From Octopus vulgaris (taxonomy: Eukaryota): 64,000 nucleotides of DNA. The translations under genes were made by a program, and so were the position numbers. Positions 59,373 to 64,000 of this stretch are shown here, one piece after another. Under the pieces are notes generated by a model. It was not told where the DNA came from. It saw nothing but the letters and a program-made list of their open reading frames with translations, and ran no database searches. The DNA lies in NCBI GenBank assembly GCA_951406725.2, contig OX597817.1:160704001-160768000 (forward strand), written 5' to 3'. Within the stretch, counting starts at the first letter, position 1; the number at the start of each line of letters is the position of its first letter.

Positions 59373-59696
59373 GTACCCTCACCCTGACCACGGCTTTCAA
59401 CCGATTCTGATGAAACTTGACACACATAGCCAATGTCATAATTCAAAACTAACGCAGCGAAAATTTTGAAAAGTTCCCCCAGTTCTGAAAAAAATCGATA
59501 AATTCGACATGGGGTCGAGAATCAGAAACCCAAACCACAGACCGTCTAGGGGACGCAACTCCACCTTTTTTAACTCTCAAAAAAATTTACCATCATTTTT
59601 TCCCCATTTTTTTGCTATTTTTTGGCTATAACTCTCTAAAAATGCTTTATAGTTATTTCCCTTACAAACCTGAGCAACGCCGGGCGATACTGCTAG
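59373..59696 (+). mobile_element. Helitron-like element, 5'-truncated, flanked by a 24-bp direct repeat
   Basis: Reverse complement of ~39092-39420; ends CTAG|T. Confidence 0.82.
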
Positions 59697-60728
59697 TTAC
59701 TAATAAGCAAGCCTTCCCTCACCAATACCAAAAAACTGCACCACCCCTCTGTTTCTTCCATTGCTTCTATTCCTCTGCAACAGTTGATGGTACATTACAT
59801 TTGGCTTCTCTTCCCACCTCAATCCTTATCTCCAGAATTTCAACTAAACATTTACCCTGCATATCTCTGTCTTGTCAATTAAGAAGCACTATGAAATTCT
59901 GAAAAAAAAAGCCATAGAAATCTCCCCTCCTCCTCTTCTGACAGCTGCAGTGATATTAAGAGGTATATTAAGATTAACAACACATTGAAAGAAATATATC
60001 ATCATAATCATCATCACTGCCATTGTTGCAACCACTGCTTTTGTTGCCATCATCATCATCATCGTCATCGTCGGTTGTGTATTTAAATGTACAAATCTTC
60101 AGTCTTATCAATGCTAAAATAGTGATGATAGGAGTGAGAAAAAAAACCAAATATTTGTCTGCAGACATAATATAAAAGAATAGTTGTGTGGCATGTTTTC
60201 TAATCCAAGCTATATGCAACCGGATTTTAGATTGCTGCACTGCTGTACCACCTGTTTAGTAACTTTTTTAACATGGCTATTGATATATCATCATCACCAT
60301 CATTACCACAATCATCATTACCATCATCATCGTCGTCGTCATCATTGTTTTGACATTCACTTTTTCATGTTTATGTGGGGCAAACAGAATTTGTTGGAGT
60401 AGATTTTTTAATGGCCAGATGCCCTTCCCGTTGTCAACCCTCACCTGTTTCCAAATAAGGTACCTGTTCTTGAGTGCACAAACAAATGCATGCATGCACA
60501 CACATGTACATGCATGCACAAATGCACACAATGGACACCTTTTAGTTTCTTTCTGCAAAACTCACTCACAAAGCTATAGCTGGTCCAGGGATACAGTGGA
60601 AGACAATTGCTCAAGGTGCCACACAGTGGGACTGAACCCAAAACAATATGCAAGGGAAGCACCTGCATCTTACATATATATATATATGATCAAACGCCAT
60701 GCATCCTTTTCTAAGTTTTATCTATATA

Positions 60729-61903
60729 CTAGCAGTATCGCCCGGCGTTGCTCGGGTTGTAAGGGAAATAACTATATAAGCATTTTTAGAGAGTTATAGC
60801 CAAAAAATAGCAAAAAAATGCATTAAAAATTGAAAAAAAATTAAGGTAAATTTTTTTTAAAATCGTTAACACATCGTAGATATTTTTAGAGAGTTACTTC
60901 CCTTATATAAAAGCGAAAAAATGCATTAAAATGGAAAAATATGATGGCAAAATTTTTTAAAATCGTAGACTCATCGTAGACGTGCGCTAATACCCAGAAG
61001 GGCTCGATATGAATCACGACTATAAGATACCCGCTTTTGGTTAAACTGCACGGCAAAATGTGGGAGTAGTTACGAATCTAAATCGAAGGGGACAGACACA
61101 CAACTTCACTCTTATATAAAGATGCTTTTTTTTTTCAGTCATAGAGTTAGATTTATGAAGGTCTTCAGTAGAAAATCCTTCGAATTCTGACTCGCTGCTT
61201 GATATAATGAAATTCGGATCCATTTTTTGTCAGAATTAAAAATTTTGAAAACACAATAGGAACAAATTTCGGAAAAAAATCTCCCATAATTCACGGAATT
61301 AAAATTACACTTCGATTTTTGTACAAAACTGTATTTGAAGTGTTTACGAAGTATAATACGTGTTTTCACGAATGTACTAAAGAGATTTACTCTGATATTC
61401 TCATTTAAATATGAATAGGTAAATTCGGGCGGTTTGGTAAGGAAAGGGTTTATATAAGTGTCGTCTGTTTATACATAAACACTGTTTCATACTTTCAGTT
61501 TAGTCTTCCTCAAATCACTCTATCGCTAATTTACTCTCTTCCAAGAACATTTTCACTCACTGTTATCTGTTAGCTTCCCATACATTTTACTCATGTATCT
61601 ATCAGCGTGATAGACAGAAACAAATATTACATTTACTTTCATTTTATTCGTCGCACACTGTGTGTGTGCGTTTGCGTGTGGTTTAAACCAGACTAAGAAA
61701 AGCATTTGACACACACACCAGAATGTGAGTTTTCTGTAAATTTTGCTTAATTGGAGTTTAAATTTTAAAAACTGGACCTGGCATGACGCGATGCATTGTA
61801 CTCTTAAAAATGCTAAGTAAATTGTAATTGAAGAAATCCTATATTGTAGAATTCTATAACTCCCAAAGGGAGGCAGATAAAATCTGCCTTTTATAATAAG
61901 AGA
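60729..61903 (-). mobile_element. Composite Helitron-like region: element 61122-60729 plus an upstream segment with a second 5' terminus at 61903
   Basis: CTAG 3' end at 60729-60732; A|TC-(TA-rich) 5' ends at 61122 and 61903; hairpin AGGCAGAT-aaa-ATCTGCCT at 61871-61889. Confidence 0.65.
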
Positions 61904-62313
61904 TATAGACTCTTTGTTTATATAAGTGATACTGAAAAGTTCCTGGCTCAAAGGGTATAGTGAAAGGCTTGGTTGGAGGCCCAACCTACTAAGTTATTTT
62001 ACAAGGCTTAGAAAAACTGAACGACCACTGCAATAAGTGTGTAAATCTGAGTGGAGAATATGTTGAATAAAATTATAATTAACTCAACCATATTCATATA
62101 GGAAGGGCATCCAGCTATAGGAACCATACCAAATCAGTTTGGGACCTAGTGCAGCTCCCTAGCTTACCAGTTTTTAGTCAAACCACCCAATCCACGCTAA
62201 CATAGTAATAAATATCTGTAAATATAAAACCATCCAGATTTCTGAGTACCTTATTTCTTCTAATATATACATATATATATCTATATCTATCTATCTATAT
62301 ATATATATATATA

Positions 62314-62612
62314 TACATACAAAATTTAAAGGACTGCCCACTAAAAGTGGACGGTCAACATGCTAGATATAGACGTCAAATCACTATTTTCCACAAAGAA
62401 TATGTTCTCAAATAAACAATCGAAACTGATCGGTACATGGGTAGGCGTTTTTATTTCGTATATTTTCATTTGTGTTGCTTATTTTTAATGCTTTGGATTG
62501 TGCTGAGTTTTTATTTGAGAACATATTCTCTGTGGAAAATAGTGATTTGACGTCTATATCTAGCATGTTGACCGTCCACTTTTAGTGGTCAACCCTTTAA
62601 ATTTTGTATGTA
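62314..62612. mobile_element. MITE with ~100-bp near-perfect TIRs, inserted next to (TA)n
   Basis: 62314-62416 is the reverse complement of 62511-62612; TA at both ends. Confidence 0.8.
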
Positions 62613-62976
62613 AAAATATTTTAATCTTCGGATTTTTTAATATGCTGGGCCACTAGTTTTAATTGATTAATATCAATTTCTACCCTTAAGCACCATTTGA
62701 CTGTGGCCGTTGCCAGCCTCGCCTGGCCCCCGTGCCGGTGGCACGTAAAAAGCACCATTCCGACGGGTCTGCCAGCCTCCTGGCACCAGTGCCGGTGGCA
62801 CGTAAAAAGCACCCACTACACTCACGGAGTGGTTGGCATTAGGAAGGGCATCCAGCTGTAGAAACACTGCCAGATCAGACTGGTGCAGCCTCCTGGCTTC
62901 CCAGACCGCGGTCGAACCGTCCAACCCATGCTAGCATGGAAAACAGACATAAAACGATGATGATGATGATGACAAT

Positions 62977-63184
62977 GATATATATATATATATATATAAT
63001 ATAAATAATATATAAATATAGGCATATATACATACATATATGTATATACCTACATATATGTATATACATATGTATATATACATATATATGTATATATACA
63101 TATATATGTATATACATATGTATATATACATATATATAGATAAAGGACATAAAAAAATCGTTGAACACAATGAGAAATGAAGAC

Positions 63185-63215
<31 letters not shown>

Positions 63216-63305
63216 CACATACATATATACATATATATACATATAAATATATACATATATGTATAAATATATATATATATATATAAATATATACATCTAT
63301 GTATG
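62977..63305. repeat. TA-rich complex microsatellite
   Basis: Direct observation; source of Tyr/Ile-rich spurious ORFs. Confidence 0.92.
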
Positions 63306-64000
63306 TTTCATAAAATCTGATACAACTCATTCCTAAGAGGAGAATATCACCTCAGTGGAAACAGGTTACATTGATCCTTATTACTTTTCTTAATACTTCC
63401 CCAAAACAAAGCATCATTATTTGCATTTTTTTTCTCTATAGTAAACTGTAAACATAAAGTTTTAAAATCAATAGAAAGATACGTGAGTGCCAACAGAGTA
63501 TTTGACTTAACTATTGTTCCTGGCCAGAAGTCATCTGGTGACCCATTTAAACTAAAACCAAGTTTGATCTTCAAAGAATGATAGCAAAATGTGTATAATA
63601 TCTTTTCTATAAACCGAGCTATGTATATTGATTACATTTAGAAAGCTAAAGAGTTATTTTTATGTAGACACTGATATAGTTGATTGGATCAATCTTAGGG
63701 TATGACAGGTATTTATTTCAATCATTCATGAGCCAACCTCAATGAGATTTGAATTCAGAATGTTGAAAGACCAGACTAGCTAATGCAAGGCATTTTATTT
63801 AGTTCTCTACCAGCTCTCAACCCTTCTCATTCTATCAATCATTTTATTTACATATTCATAGTTGCACACATATGTAAATATATATAAATTTGTGTGTCTG
63901 AGTGTACAGTCACAATAAAAGGACTTATTCAATATCAAATCTTTACACCAGGGATGGGAAATCTTTTTAATCCTATGGGTGAATTGAAAGTGTATAAGGA

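Noticed and set aside
61553-61984. 143-aa minus-strand ORF
   Set aside because: Spans the junction of a mariner MITE and a Helitron-like segment; no protein-like motif.
63347-63574. 75-aa minus-strand ORF as a possible SLC12A8 first exon
   Set aside because: No recognisable homology, non-ATG start, and the nearby AG|GTGA donor is not phase 0 in this frame.

Overview
AT-rich, repeat-dense animal genomic DNA. The interspersed repeat families are characteristic of an octopus (coleoid cephalopod) genome; this is recognised from memory, not from a database search. Two convergent, intron-rich protein-coding genes can be assembled by hand from GT-AG exons whose phases join consistently. (1) On +, a complete 8-exon MICOS subunit MIC26/MIC27 (APOO/APOOL family) gene, CDS 4897-22275, 241 aa. 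(2) On -, a cation-chloride cotransporter family SLC12A8 (CCC9) gene with 12 coding exons from 49853 down to the stop at 27606 (656 aa); its start-codon exon is not securely identified. Almost everything else is transposon-derived or simple repeat: at least 5 tRNA-type SINE families, 3' ends of RTE, CR1 and R4/Dong-like LINEs, mariner, piggyBac, hAT, Mutator-like and Kolobok-like MITEs, Helitron-like elements, a Penelope-like palindrome, and mini/microsatellites. Most ORFs in the supplied track are spurious repeat translations. Most notable observations: a tandem 'hairpin + H-type pseudoknot' module array in the 3' UTR of the dominant RTE LINE; substitutions at two canonical K+-site positions of SLC12A8; a perfect 83-bp intronic inverted repeat inside decayed outer arms; a Helitron-like copy with an unexpected 24-bp flanking duplication; and a cluster of GGGAGATAAC motifs between the two genes.
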